Shown here one piece after another: positions 49,642 to 59,515 of a DNA stretch of 64,000 nucleotides. Numbering within the stretch: the stretch's first letter is position 1; every line of letters starts with the position of its first letter. The stretch spans positions 2,012 to 66,011 of the forward strand of contig JANYKN010000004.1 of assembly GCA_025361565.1 (NCBI GenBank), in the 5' to 3' direction. The notes beneath the pieces are model-generated. The model was given only the letters and a program-made list of their open reading frames with translations. It ran no database searches and had not been told where the DNA came from. This DNA is from Bacteroidota bacterium. GTDB lineage: Bacteria > Bacteroidota > Bacteroidia > Bacteroidales > NBLH01. The position numbers and the translations under genes are program-made.

Positions 49642-50085
49642 ATGACACTCATGAAAAGAAATGAATTATTCCCTACCTGGTCGAAATTCTTTAACGATTT
49701 TATGGATAAAGATATTTTCGATTATTCAAACAGACATTTTTCAAATACCAACACCACTTTGCCTGCTGTAAATATAAAAGAATCGGATCAAGGCTATGTT
49801 GTTGATATGGCTGTTCCAGGCATGGAAAAAGGCGATTTTTAAATTAATCTCGAAAATAAAATGCTTTGCATTTCTTCCGAGAAAAGGATTGAAAATGAAG
49901 AGAATGAGGATAATTATTCTCGTAAAGAATTTAGCTTTCAATCATTTAGCAGATCATTCTCTTTGCCCGAAACGGCTGACGAAGGTAAAATAGAAGCCAA
50001 GTACGAAAATGGTATCCTTCATATCAACATTCCTAAAAAAGAAGAGGCTAAACCTAAGCCTCCAAAGTATATTGAAATTTCGTAG
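49642..50085 (+). pseudogene. Hsp20/alpha-crystallin small heat-shock protein interrupted by one in-frame TAA
   Basis: ORFs 49642-49842 and 49861-50085 are in the same frame (the offset between their starts is 219 nt). The join reads ...PGMEKGDF*INLENKMLCISSEK..., spanning the alpha-crystallin domain. The TAA at 49840-49842 sits where homologs have Lys (AAA). Confidence 0.8.
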
Positions 50086-50106
50086 TGTGTTGAATTTTAA
50101 TTGGAA

Positions 50107-50144
50107 AACTACCGGAACTTTGATTACCGGTAGTTCATTTTTTA
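50107..50144 (+). terminator. Rho-independent terminator after hsp20
   Basis: AACTACCGG (50107-50115) pairs with CCGGTAGTT (50127-50135), followed by a T-run. Confidence 0.7.
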
Positions 50145-50252
50145 TTATAGCTTGAATTCAAATTATTGATTATGGTTACAAATTCAAAGCTTGTTATGAA
50201 AAAGAATCTCATCATTTTTCGAAATAAAATTTAACAATTAAATCAAAAACAG

Positions 50253-51767
50253 ATGAAAAAACAACTGGTTTTATCGGGCCTGGTTGCTTTGGTTATAAGC
50301 ATAGGCTCTTTTTTAGTAATGTATGGATTTATGATTGATGGTAAAAATTCTGTTACTATTGAGCATCTAGATGGAACACCTTCCAGTAAGGTATTGTTTC
50401 ATCAAAATGAAAATGGAGAATTTGAACCTGTTGATTTTACAAAAACAGTGGATAAAGTAGTGAATTCTGTTGTTTTTATAAAATCAACTTATATTAATAA
50501 ATATCAGATGGATGGTAATCAATATCGACAATTACCTGATCCTTTCAAAGATTTTTTTAATGACGATCCATTTCAATTCTTTTTTGGGCCGAAGGGTGAT
50601 CAGAAACAAAATGAAAAAATGCAATTTGCTACTGGCTCCGGAGCTATTATCAATAGTCAGGGATACATAATTACCAATAATCACGTTATTGCAGATGCCG
50701 ACGATATTGAAGTTACTTTATATGATAATCGAAACTATAAGGCTAAAGTTATTGGTACTGATCCAAGCACTGATTTGGCTCTTTTACAGATTAAAGAAAA
50801 GGATTTGCCAGCTATTGCATTGGTCAATTCAGATGATGTAAAAGTTGGAGAATGGGTGATGGCCGTAGGTAATCCATTTAGTTTAAATTCTACTGTAACA
50901 GCTGGTATTGTTAGCGCCAAGGCCAGAAATATCAATATTTTAAAGGATCAGTATGCCATTGAAAGTTTTATTCAAACCGATGCCGCTATTAACCCTGGTA
51001 ATAGTGGTGGCGCACTTGTTAATCTCGATGGTGCCCTAGTTGGAATAAATACTGCAATAGCAAGTCCTACAGGCACATACAGTGGTTATGGTTTTGCAAT
51101 ACCCAGCAATATGGTAAATAAAGTAGTAGAGGATTTACTTAAATACGGCGAAGTACAACGTGGTGTTTTAGGTATTACAATACGTTCTGTTGACGGCAAT
51201 CTGGCTAAAGATAAAGATTTGGATGTTACTGAAGGTGTGTATGTTGACAGCTTACTGAAAAATAGCGCTGCTGCTTCTGCCGGCATAAAACCAGGTGATG
51301 TGATTTTAAAAATTGATAATGAGAAAACAACATCATCGCCCGTTTTGCAGGAAATAATTGCAAATCACCATCCTGGCGATAAAGTTGTGGTTGTTGCCGA
51401 TCGAAAAGGAAAACAGATTGAATTTAAGATTACTTTAAATAACAGGGCTGGCGAAACTGATTTAGTAAAAACTGAAGGAAACGAAATTTTAGGTACTTTG
51501 GGTTGCGAATTGAAAGATTTAGATGTAAAAACTGCAAAAAAACTCGGTATTGAAGGAGGTGTTAAAGTAACCAAATTGACTGCCGGAGTTTTAAAAAGAA
51601 ATACGCAGATTCATGAGGGATTTATCATTACCCATGCAAATAATCAATTGGTTAAAACGGTTTCGGATTTTGTTAAAATTCTTGAAAAAGCTCAGGGAGG
51701 TATTATGATTGCAGGTATTTATGAGGATATTCCAGGGAAATATTATTATGCTTTCGGACTGAATTAA
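50253..51767 (+). CDS. htrA: Periplasmic serine endoprotease, HtrA/DegP/DegQ family with two PDZ domains
   Basis: 504 aa with triad motifs TNNHVI, DLALLQI and GNSGGALVN, then two PDZ-like segments. Confidence 0.9.
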   Translation: MKKQLVLSGLVALVISIGSFLVMYGFMIDGKNSVTIEHLDGTPSSKVLFHQNENGEFEPVDFTKTVDKVVNSVVFIKSTYINKYQMDGNQYRQLPDPFKDFFNDDPFQFFFGPKGDQKQNEKMQFATGSGAIINSQGYIITNNHVIADADDIEVTLYDNRNYKAKVIGTDPSTDLALLQIKEKDLPAIALVNSDDVKVGEWVMAVGNPFSLNSTVTAGIVSAKARNINILKDQYAIESFIQTDAAINPGNSGGALVNLDGALVGINTAIASPTGTYSGYGFAIPSNMVNKVVEDLLKYGEVQRGVLGITIRSVDGNLAKDKDLDVTEGVYVDSLLKNSAAASAGIKPGDVILKIDNEKTTSSPVLQEIIANHHPGDKVVVVADRKGKQIEFKITLNNRAGETDLVKTEGNEILGTLGCELKDLDVKTAKKLGIEGGVKVTKLTAGVLKRNTQIHEGFIITHANNQLVKTVSDFVKILEKAQGGIMIAGIYEDIPGKYYYAFGLN

Positions 51768-51791
51768 AATTAAGTGAAAAAGTCATAAAAA

Positions 51792-51817
51792 AGCTGCTCA
51801 GGTGCAGCTTTTTTTAT
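51792..51817 (+). terminator. Rho-independent terminator after htrA
   Basis: AGCTGC-TCAGGT-GCAGCT hairpin followed by T7. Confidence 0.7.
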
Positions 51818-51955
51818 TCGAACCTTTTTACTATATTAGTTGGCAATTTATAGTATACCGAACTTCAATACTAAACATTCAATTTTGGCATTTAATACTC
51901 ATATTCAGAATAATTAATTTATTGGGAATTAGCATTCTAACTAAAAACTAATAAT

Positions 51956-52492
51956 ATGGATAAATCGGCAATAAACCAAATAATTAAAAATCAGGGTTTT
52001 ATTGATTTTAAATGGATAGATGCAAAAGAAATTGTTGTTGCACAATGGGTTAGGTTTAAATGTATGTTTGGTTACGAGTCATATGGAGCCAAAGCCTCAT
52101 GCCCGCCTGAGGTTCCTTCAATCCTAGAATGCAGGGAGTTTTTCAGCGAATATCAAAGAGCTATTCTTATCCATATTAACCAAAAATTGGACAAACCAGA
52201 AGATAGGGTTCAATGGGGAAAAGGTATAAATGATCAACTTTTGAAGGTTGAAAAGGAAATATTTCTTTTGGGATATAGAAAAGCATTTCTTTTATTTATG
52301 GATGAATGCCAATTGTGCAAAGATTGCTCAGTTGTGCGCGAAAACTGTCATTATAAAAAACAATCGCGACCTTGCCCTGAAGCCCTGGGAGTAGATGTTT
52401 TTGAAACAGCGCATAAATTCAATTTTCCAATCGAAGTGCTTAAAGATTATGATGAAGAAATGAACAGATATTCTATTATTTTGATTGACTGA
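51956..52492 (+). CDS. DUF2284-like metal-binding protein
   Basis: 178 aa with a Cys-rich pattern (RFKCMFGYESYGAKASCPP; CQLCKDC; RPCPE). Confidence 0.55.
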   Translation: MDKSAINQIIKNQGFIDFKWIDAKEIVVAQWVRFKCMFGYESYGAKASCPPEVPSILECREFFSEYQRAILIHINQKLDKPEDRVQWGKGINDQLLKVEKEIFLLGYRKAFLLFMDECQLCKDCSVVRENCHYKKQSRPCPEALGVDVFETAHKFNFPIEVLKDYDEEMNRYSIILID

Positions 52493-52571
52493 CGATTTTT
52501 GAAATTAGAAATTAGTAATTTGATATTGGAAATTTATTCATTCAATCATTCACTCATTTAAACTTTAATAT

Positions 52572-52919
52572 ATGAACTTAGTAGATTCTTTTGATTTAAC
52601 CATTGTTTGGTCATTTTTGGGACTTTTAATTCAATTGGTTGTTTTTAGTGTTTGTGTTTATTATGTAGTTCAAAAACAAAATACCGATAGTTATCTTTTG
52701 TCTGTTGGTGCTTTTATTCATCTCTTGACGTCCCTATTTTATACAGTTGGACTTCCATTGTTTTCGAAAATGAATGTTAATATTTACAGTAATCGTTCTA
52801 TTTTTAGAGTGGTTGGTTTTTTTGGTTTGGTTGGAACTATTTGTTTTAGTGCAGGATTGATAATTTTAATAATCAATTACCTAAAACTGGTTAATGAAAA
52901 GAATACTAATTCCTATTGA
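52572..52919 (+). CDS. Hypothetical membrane protein
   Basis: 115 aa with 3-4 hydrophobic helices. Confidence 0.35.
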   Translation: MNLVDSFDLTIVWSFLGLLIQLVVFSVCVYYVVQKQNTDSYLLSVGAFIHLLTSLFYTVGLPLFSKMNVNIYSNRSIFRVVGFFGLVGTICFSAGLIILIINYLKLVNEKNTNSY

Positions 52920-53024
52920 AAAATTATGAATTTAAAAATGAGGCTGTATCAAAAGTACTAAGATGATGCCAGTAAACAGTTATGAAACAGCCTCATTTAA
53001 TTTTTTACTTCAAAACTCTCTACA

Positions 53025-53870
53025 ATGAAATTGACACCTAAAATCCATTTACTTAAGCATTCTTTTGAAATCCACTTTCCAAATGGAAAAAAATTACCAA
53101 GGTTTGTTAATTCAATCATCATATTTGGTTCTGAAATTACTTTGATTGATTCTGGTGTAAAAAATTCATATCACCAAATCTTTGAATATATTGAAAATCA
53201 AGGACGAAAACCTTCTGAAATAAAAAGACTTATTTTATCACATTCACATCCGGATCATATAGGTTCTGCTGCCCAAATCAAGGAATTATCCAGTTGCAAA
53301 ATACTTGCCCATATCGAGGAAAAGGAATGGATCGAACATATTGATGTACAATGTAAAAAACGACCAGTTCCCGGATTTTATGAATTGCTGGACCAGTCTG
53401 TAAAAATTGACGAATTCATTGAACACAATCAGATTTTAAAAGCTGACGAAAATTTGAATTTGAGAATTATACATTCACCTGGACATTCAAAAGGGCTGGT
53501 GAATATTGAGTTTATTGAAGATAAAATACTTTTTACGGCCGATTCTATTCCTTTAAAAAATGATATACCCAATTACGATAATTATTTTGATTTGATTAAT
53601 TCATTAAAACGGATAGAGAAAAACACTAATTATGAATTACTTATCAGCTCGTGGACAGAACCGTTATCTGAAAAAGTAAAAATAGATCTCTTGATTTCAG
53701 AAGGATATGATTATCTTAAAAAAATCGATAATCTGGTAAATACCTATTATTCCAATGAATCCGAAATGCCTTTTGAATCGTGTAAAAAAATAATTGATGA
53801 ACTTAAATTGCCTCCTTTATTTGTAAATCCTATAGTTGATAGAGCTTTCAGAACACATTTGGAAGCATAA
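53025..53870 (+). CDS. MBL-fold metallo-hydrolase
   Basis: 281 aa with LSHSHPDHIG and HSPGHSKG. Confidence 0.8.
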   Translation: MKLTPKIHLLKHSFEIHFPNGKKLPRFVNSIIIFGSEITLIDSGVKNSYHQIFEYIENQGRKPSEIKRLILSHSHPDHIGSAAQIKELSSCKILAHIEEKEWIEHIDVQCKKRPVPGFYELLDQSVKIDEFIEHNQILKADENLNLRIIHSPGHSKGLVNIEFIEDKILFTADSIPLKNDIPNYDNYFDLINSLKRIEKNTNYELLISSWTEPLSEKVKIDLLISEGYDYLKKIDNLVNTYYSNESEMPFESCKKIIDELKLPPLFVNPIVDRAFRTHLEA

Positions 53871-54211
53871 AAGGCAACAAGTTGGAGCTCAGTATAAAAA
53901 AGAATTTAAAGAGTTAAGGGTAAAATGCTTTTTTGTTGTATTATATAGTATTCTGAAATGGCCATATTTGAATAATCTCAGAAAATTAATCAAAATAAAT
54001 GTATAGATGTCTGATATTTAGCAGTTTGTTATTCAATTTTGGATAATATTGCTAAACATGATAAAACGACATAAAAAGATTTGAGAGGATTGGTTAATTT
54101 TGTCATCAAATATAAGGTTCAAAAATCTTCATTTTTTGATTTAAACAAAATGATTATTCATTTTCGAAACCATAGACAGGATATTGTTAAACTTAATAAA
54201 CTTATAGTACG

Positions 54212-55426
54212 ATGAAAGCACAGGATTACATGAATAGGGAAGACAATTACGGAGCACACAATTACCATCCACTACCAGTTGTTTTGGAAAAAGGCGAAGG
54301 TGTTTTTGTTTGGGATGTTGATGGCAAAAGATATTTTGATTTTTTATCAGCATATTCTGCCGTAAATCAAGGACATTGCCACCCAGCTATTATTAAAGCA
54401 CTTACTGATCAGGCACAAAAATTAACACTTACTTCAAGGGCTTTTTACAACAATGTATTGGGCGAATATGAAGAATATATCACCAAATTTTTTGGCTACG
54501 ATAAAGTACTGCCAATGAATACAGGTGCCGAAGCCGATGAAACTGCGCTTAAGCTTTGTCGTAAATGGGCTTATAAAAAGAAAGGTATTGCTGAAAACAT
54601 GGCTAAAATAGTGGTTTGCGAAAATAATTTTCATGGCCGTACCATTACCATTGTTTCTATGTCTACTGATCCTGATGCAAAAAAGGATTTCGGACCATTT
54701 ACTCCCGGTTTTGTAACCATTCCTTATAATGATATTCCTGCTTTGGAAAAAGCTTTGGAAGATCCAAATGTTGCAGGTTTCCTTGTTGAGCCTATTCAGG
54801 GTGAGGCTGGTGTTTATGTTCCTGAAGAAGGTTATTTGAAAAAAGCATTCGATATTTGTAAAGCAAAAAACGTATTGTTTATTGCTGACGAAGTTCAAAC
54901 AGGTATCGCTCGCACAGGCCGTATGCTGGCTTGCGATTGGGAAGGTGTTAAAGCTGATATCTTGATCCTTGGCAAAGCAGTTTCCGGTGGTGTGTTGCCA
55001 ATTTCAGCAGTTCTTGCAAATAATGATATTATGCTTTGCATTAAACCTGGTGAGCATGGATCTACTTTTGGTGGTAACCCATTGGCTGGAAAAGTGGCTA
55101 TTGCAGCTCTTGAAGTAATTAAGAACGAAAAATTGACTGAAAATTCCGAGCGTTTGGGCAATATTTTTAGGGAAGAATTGAAAAAAATAGATTCACCTAG
55201 AGTTGAGTTAGTTCGTGGTAAAGGTTTATTGAACGCAGTAGTGATTAAGCCTATGGCTGGTAAAACTGCCTGGGATGTTTGTTTGTCGTTACGTGATAAT
55301 GGTTTATTGGCCAAGCCAACACACGATCATATTATCCGTTTTGCGCCTCCTTTGGTAATAACCGAAAAGCAAATATTAGAAGCTGTCGCAATTATTAAAA
55401 AGACTATTCTTGAAATGGATAAATAA
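54212..55426 (+). CDS. rocD: Ornithine-oxo-acid aminotransferase
   Basis: 404 aa with [46 protein letters not shown] and [11 protein letters not shown]. Confidence 0.9.
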   Translation: MKAQDYMNREDNYGAHNYHPLPVVLEKGEGVFVWDVDGKRYFDFLSAYSAVNQGHCHPAIIKALTDQAQKLTLTSRAFYNNVLGEYEEYITKFFGYDKVLPMNTGAEADETALKLCRKWAYKKKGIAENMAKIVVCENNFHGRTITIVSMSTDPDAKKDFGPFTPGFVTIPYNDIPALEKALEDPNVAGFLVEPIQGEAGVYVPEEGYLKKAFDICKAKNVLFIADEVQTGIARTGRMLACDWEGVKADILILGKAVSGGVLPISAVLANNDIMLCIKPGEHGSTFGGNPLAGKVAIAALEVIKNEKLTENSERLGNIFREELKKIDSPRVELVRGKGLLNAVVIKPMAGKTAWDVCLSLRDNGLLAKPTHDHIIRFAPPLVITEKQILEAVAIIKKTILEMDK

Positions 55427-55470
55427 TTTACTCGACAAAGTTTTAACCTATAATTGTTAGTATTAAAAAG

Positions 55471-55497
55471 AGATCGCTGCGGCGGTCTTTTTTTATT
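55471..55497 (+). terminator. Rho-independent terminator after rocD
   Basis: AGATCGC-TGCG-GCGGTCT (7 bp, one GU) followed by a T-run. Confidence 0.7.
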
Positions 55498-55544
55498 TTT
55501 TTACTGGAAATTGATTTGCCATTGAATTTTTCTATTTTTGCATA

Positions 55545-55922
55545 ATGAAATTGTTAATAAAGCCAATATTAATATTAAGTCTATTAATCAATTATTGTTT
55601 TGCTGTATGCATAAACAGTAATATTGGATTCTCCAATGAATTAATAACGAATAATGGCAATACCCAAAATCAGGACAATTACTTTTCGAATAACAAATTT
55701 AATTTATTAAGTCATCTTATTAAAAATGAGAAGTCTTGTAACAGTTTAAGTAAGCTGCCAAATTCATTTGAAAAAAAACAACATCACAATTCCATAAATG
55801 ATAAGCATTCCAAAGAACTATTTATTTTATCATCTTTCTCCAATTATACTTTAAAGGAGAAATTTACTTTTAAATACTTCACTTCAACAGACATTATTTT
55901 TCCGTTCCATAATTTCTGGTAA
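55545..55922 (+). CDS. Hypothetical secreted protein
   Basis: A 125-aa ORF with a signal-like N-terminus. The sequence is low complexity and the call is weakly supported. Confidence 0.3.
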   Translation: MKLLIKPILILSLLINYCFAVCINSNIGFSNELITNNGNTQNQDNYFSNNKFNLLSHLIKNEKSCNSLSKLPNSFEKKQHHNSINDKHSKELFILSSFSNYTLKEKFTFKYFTSTDIIFPFHNFW

Positions 55923-56040
55923 TTCCATTTTTATTGATTCCCAGGTGCTCCGCGCCAAAAACATTTTTTTATTAATAAAATAATTCCTTGAGTCAATTCA
56001 TAAAATTGATTTATCATGGAAAATAATAACTATATATATT

Positions 56041-56544
56041 ATGGATTTAACAGTTATAATTATTGGTGTAACAATACTGGCTGCATTTATTGTACCTACA
56101 GTACTTGTTTCAAATTCAAGAAATAATAAAAAGAAGAAATTCTTAAAAGTAATGTCTGACTTTGCCGAAAGTAAATCGTGCAAAATAGTAGAATATGATC
56201 AATGGAAAGATGCATGCATTGGAATGGATAAAGAAAAACAGAAAATTTTATATGTCCATAAAAATTCAGGAGATTACCGAAAAACGGAAATAAGTTTGCC
56301 CGAAGTTTTAAAATGCAAAATTGAAGGCGTAAATCTTACCGGAAATTCGATATCGAGTAATCACAAATCAATTGATGAAATAGAACTTTGTTTTAGCTAT
56401 CGCGATGCCGGAAAACCGGAAACATCCATCGAGTTTTTTAAAATACAAAAAGACTTCACCGTTGTTGATGAGGATTTAAAGCTTGCTGAAAAATGGCACA
56501 AGATTGCAAATTCAGAATTGGCTAATTTGGTGAACAAAAACTAA
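56041..56544 (+). CDS. Hypothetical N-terminally anchored protein
   Basis: 167 aa with the N-terminal TM segment VIIIGVTILAAFIVPTVLV. A T-tailed hairpin follows (ATCCCCAT 56558-56565 / ATGGGGAT 56578-56585). Confidence 0.35.
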   Translation: MDLTVIIIGVTILAAFIVPTVLVSNSRNNKKKKFLKVMSDFAESKSCKIVEYDQWKDACIGMDKEKQKILYVHKNSGDYRKTEISLPEVLKCKIEGVNLTGNSISSNHKSIDEIELCFSYRDAGKPETSIEFFKIQKDFTVVDEDLKLAEKWHKIANSELANLVNKN

Positions 56545-56628
56545 TTGCATCGATTTTATCCCCATTGGTAATTACTGATGGGGATATTATTTTTTGTTTG
56601 AAAAACAGATTACTATAAAACAAACAAT

Positions 56629-57429
56629 CTATTTCTTTACCAAAAAACCCAACGGCCCTTCTTTCAAAATCAAACTTTGCAATTTTTCAATGGGTATTTC
56701 AATGGTAATATAACCAGCCGCATAAGGACCAATTTCATAAGGATTGTAAACGAAGCAAAACTTTTCCTTATCGAAATAGAAATTTTCGTTCAATTCAGCT
56801 TTGGCATCTTCGAATAGAACCGAATTTTCATCCTTTTTCATCTCTTCGCTTTTTTCAACTATTAACGAGGCTATTTTTTGTTTGGAATCGGCTCCAAAAA
56901 TTTGCTCAAGCCCAAATAATTCTCCGGTATTCATGTCGAAATGAAGATATTGCATATTTTCCAAGCCATGTGCGCCTCCTGCATATACGTATGACTCGAT
57001 TTCGATAATTAAAATATTATTTTTATTATATAAAATTTTTGATGATTTAGTAAGCTCATAATTCAATATATAGCTCATCTCTTCCATTTCGCTTTTTAAT
57101 TTTAAACCTTCTTCGCGATACGCAGGAGTAATGGCGTTGATAAGAGTTTTAAAGTTTTCTTCGGGACTGCTTGAAAACTCAAGTTTTTCGGCATTAAAAA
57201 ATTGTTTGTTCAATTCTTTTTTTACCTTTTCCAATGCTGTTTTGTTTTGAAAACCAGTTAGTTCAGTAAAATGAAATTCAACATGGTAATGGATACTATC
57301 CGTTGAGCCTTCGATGAGTGGAATTTTTTTATCAAAATCAATTATTTTAAAAGCTACCTGGCCATTTTTTTTTGATGCACATGCAGCAATGATAAGTATT
57401 GAAAATACAGCGATATTAAATTTTTTCAC
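56629..57429 (-). CDS. DUF4163/DUF3298 domain lipoprotein (RsiV/PdaC-like fold)
   Basis: 266 aa with the lipobox IIAAC and YVYAGGAHGLENMQYLHFD, the DUF3298 hallmark. Confidence 0.65.
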   Translation of the reverse strand: MKKFNIAVFSILIIAACASKKNGQVAFKIIDFDKKIPLIEGSTDSIHYHVEFHFTELTGFQNKTALEKVKKELNKQFFNAEKLEFSSSPEENFKTLINAITPAYREEGLKLKSEMEEMSYILNYELTKSSKILYNKNNILIIEIESYVYAGGAHGLENMQYLHFDMNTGELFGLEQIFGADSKQKIASLIVEKSEEMKKDENSVLFEDAKAELNENFYFDKEKFCFVYNPYEIGPYAAGYITIEIPIEKLQSLILKEGPLGFLVKK

Positions 57430-57586
57430 AATTATTGGTTTAAAATGTTTTTATGAGTTTTGTTCGTGTTCCAAAATCGATGATGGCCATTTCCACGCTC
57501 CATTCGTTGATTTTGGATTGGAAGTGCAAAGATATTTAAAGTTTGCCTGTTTTTAAGCCTGCGGATGGGGAAATTTTGAAATATTT

Positions 57587-59110
57587 TTATTGTGGGCTTT
57601 TTGATTTTTTGATGAGACTGATATATTTCGTTCCAATCAAAGTTTGAATGGAATCTATTTTTACAATCTCAAAATCTTTAAAAAACAACTCATTTTCATT
57701 TTTAGAAAAGTACTGTTTCCTGCTTATAACCTTTGGTTCATTAACACAATCAGTAAAAATTTCGATATTATTCAATATACATGAATCCATTTTAGTTTTT
57801 AAACATTCGGTTGATTTGTTTTGCTGAATTAGCGAAGTTGGCGATTTGTAAATTGCTGGATTGCAGCTTAATCCCATTCTATAATAAATCATGTTTTCCA
57901 CTAACGCATTTTCTGAAAGTATGAAGATTGCATTTTTCTTATTTTCCATGATTTGGATAATTTTTTGCTGATTTTGAAAATCGTAGGAATAATTTGGAAA
58001 TAAGCCAAAAGCGATGTTCCATATAAAAATTGAAATTCCTAAAGACAAATAAATACTATCTTTTATTTTGAATAACCCATTGATTATTAGTAATAAAAGA
58101 ATTGGAAGCATAACCATAAACTCCATATTTCCTTCAGAAAATATGGCAAAAGCAAATTGCAATAAGAATATTATCGAAATTGTTTTAACAAATACTGTGG
58201 ATTCTAATTTCTCAAGCTTATTAATCCATGAATACTTAATGATTTGAAAACCAGTAAATAGGAACGGAGCAAATGCAAAGGCATATAAATAATTCTTTTT
58301 AATCAAAACTGGTATTATTCCATGCACCTGAATAAAACTTCGCACAAAACTGATAAAACCAAGAATTAAATTGTCAAACCCAAATTGAACACGGGCAGTT
58401 CCATAATAATAATCGTAGAACACAAATTGCCAAAGATTTTCTGCATTGTTAAATTCGAAATGAACTTGCTTAAAAGCAAAATAATAAGCTATTGGCAGAA
58501 TAAGGGCTGGTGCTGCTAAAAAGAATGTACTTTTTAGGTCCTTTTTGTAAAAGAAAGTTCCAAAAAATAATCCGGCATACCACAAAATATGAATCTGGTG
58601 GAATAGACACGAAATGGTGGCAAAAATCCCGGAATAAAGAATATCTGCTTTAGCATTTGATTTGATATATTTTAGAAAGAAATAAGTAGCTAATAATGAC
58701 CAGAAAATTGGAACAATATAGGTTTCATTTTCAGTAGCATAACGCATAAAACCAAAACAACTGGCGGCAATTAAAATTATAGGAAGTATATTCTTTTTAT
58801 CTTCCTGCAATTTATCTAAAATTTTGTAAAAAATATAGAGACTTAAAGCCGCAAAAGAAGCATTCACCATTTTCATAAATGCCAAAACATCCGGTTGAAA
58901 ATTTAAAAGCCCTAAAAATTTAATAATCAAGGAAGGAAGCAAATTATACATTAAATGATGCGGGAAAAAAATATCGTGGTTCAATTTTACATTTGCCGCA
59001 TAGTTGTAAGCATCTATGCTTGAGTTTTGGGTTGGAAGTAATAGGTAAATTAGAAAGAAAAAAGGGATAAGAATAAATATGTAATTATTTGAATTAAATG
59101 GCTTTTGCAT
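57587..59110 (-). CDS. Large polytopic membrane protein (possible GT-C-type glycosyltransferase)
   Basis: 507 aa with about 11 hydrophobic helices and a C-terminal soluble domain. Confidence 0.4.
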   Translation of the reverse strand: MQKPFNSNNYIFILIPFFFLIYLLLPTQNSSIDAYNYAANVKLNHDIFFPHHLMYNLLPSLIIKFLGLLNFQPDVLAFMKMVNASFAALSLYIFYKILDKLQEDKKNILPIILIAASCFGFMRYATENETYIVPIFWSLLATYFFLKYIKSNAKADILYSGIFATISCLFHQIHILWYAGLFFGTFFYKKDLKSTFFLAAPALILPIAYYFAFKQVHFEFNNAENLWQFVFYDYYYGTARVQFGFDNLILGFISFVRSFIQVHGIIPVLIKKNYLYAFAFAPFLFTGFQIIKYSWINKLEKLESTVFVKTISIIFLLQFAFAIFSEGNMEFMVMLPILLLLIINGLFKIKDSIYLSLGISIFIWNIAFGLFPNYSYDFQNQQKIIQIMENKKNAIFILSENALVENMIYYRMGLSCNPAIYKSPTSLIQQNKSTECLKTKMDSCILNNIEIFTDCVNEPKVISRKQYFSKNENELFFKDFEIVKIDSIQTLIGTKYISLIKKSKSPQ

Positions 59111-59228
59111 TTTTAGTCTGATAAATGATTGAATTGATGTTTGCTTGCAATATTAACCATATTTTTTTGAATAGTATAAATTTGACAAGGAATGGATTTA
59201 ATAAAGTAGAACTATATCATGTGCCGCG

Positions 59229-59436
59229 ATGGCGCAAGCTTTTAGCCTCGGCTGGCGCGAGCTTGTAGCTCGTGCCACTTCAAATACAAATAATCCATAA
59301 ATTTATTATCTTTGTTTTGATGAGCCAAAATTATAAAACTGAAAATATATTAGCATTGCTTATTTTACAGGATCTCGTGGAATTATTGAAATTAATGAGA
59401 TTTGATAGATGGGCACGAGTTACAAACTCGCGCCAG
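59229..59436 (+). mobile_element. Mini-RAYT unit I: tandem left REPs + RAYT 5' leader and first ~10 codons fused to the last ~20 codons + right REP
   Basis: There is a degenerate REP at 59229-59250 and a REP, GCTGGCGCGAGCTTGTAGCTCGTGCCAC, at 59251-59278. The relic ATG is at 59320 and the relic stop at 59403-59405. The right REP, GGGCACGAGTTACAAACTCGCGCCAG, is at 59411-59436. Positions 59320-59436 differ at only 2 positions from 62736-62852. Confidence 0.75.
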
Positions 59437-59515
59437 ATTGGAGTTTGAGTGGATTATAAAAATAATCGAATTGGAGAAACAAGTAAACGATTTAAAAACA
59501 AAAAAATAAGTAGAT

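Noticed and set aside
54434-55314. Long antisense ORFs (54434-54898 and 54895-55314, minus strand) inside rocD. Similar shadow ORFs lie inside pepD (24718-25110), the fusion ligase (5811-6104), argD (40381-40728) and the ferredoxin gene (12314-12619).
   Set aside because: Each lies fully within a well-supported gene on the other strand and has low-complexity, Ser/Ile/Phe-rich translations typical of shadow frames. None has an independent start context.
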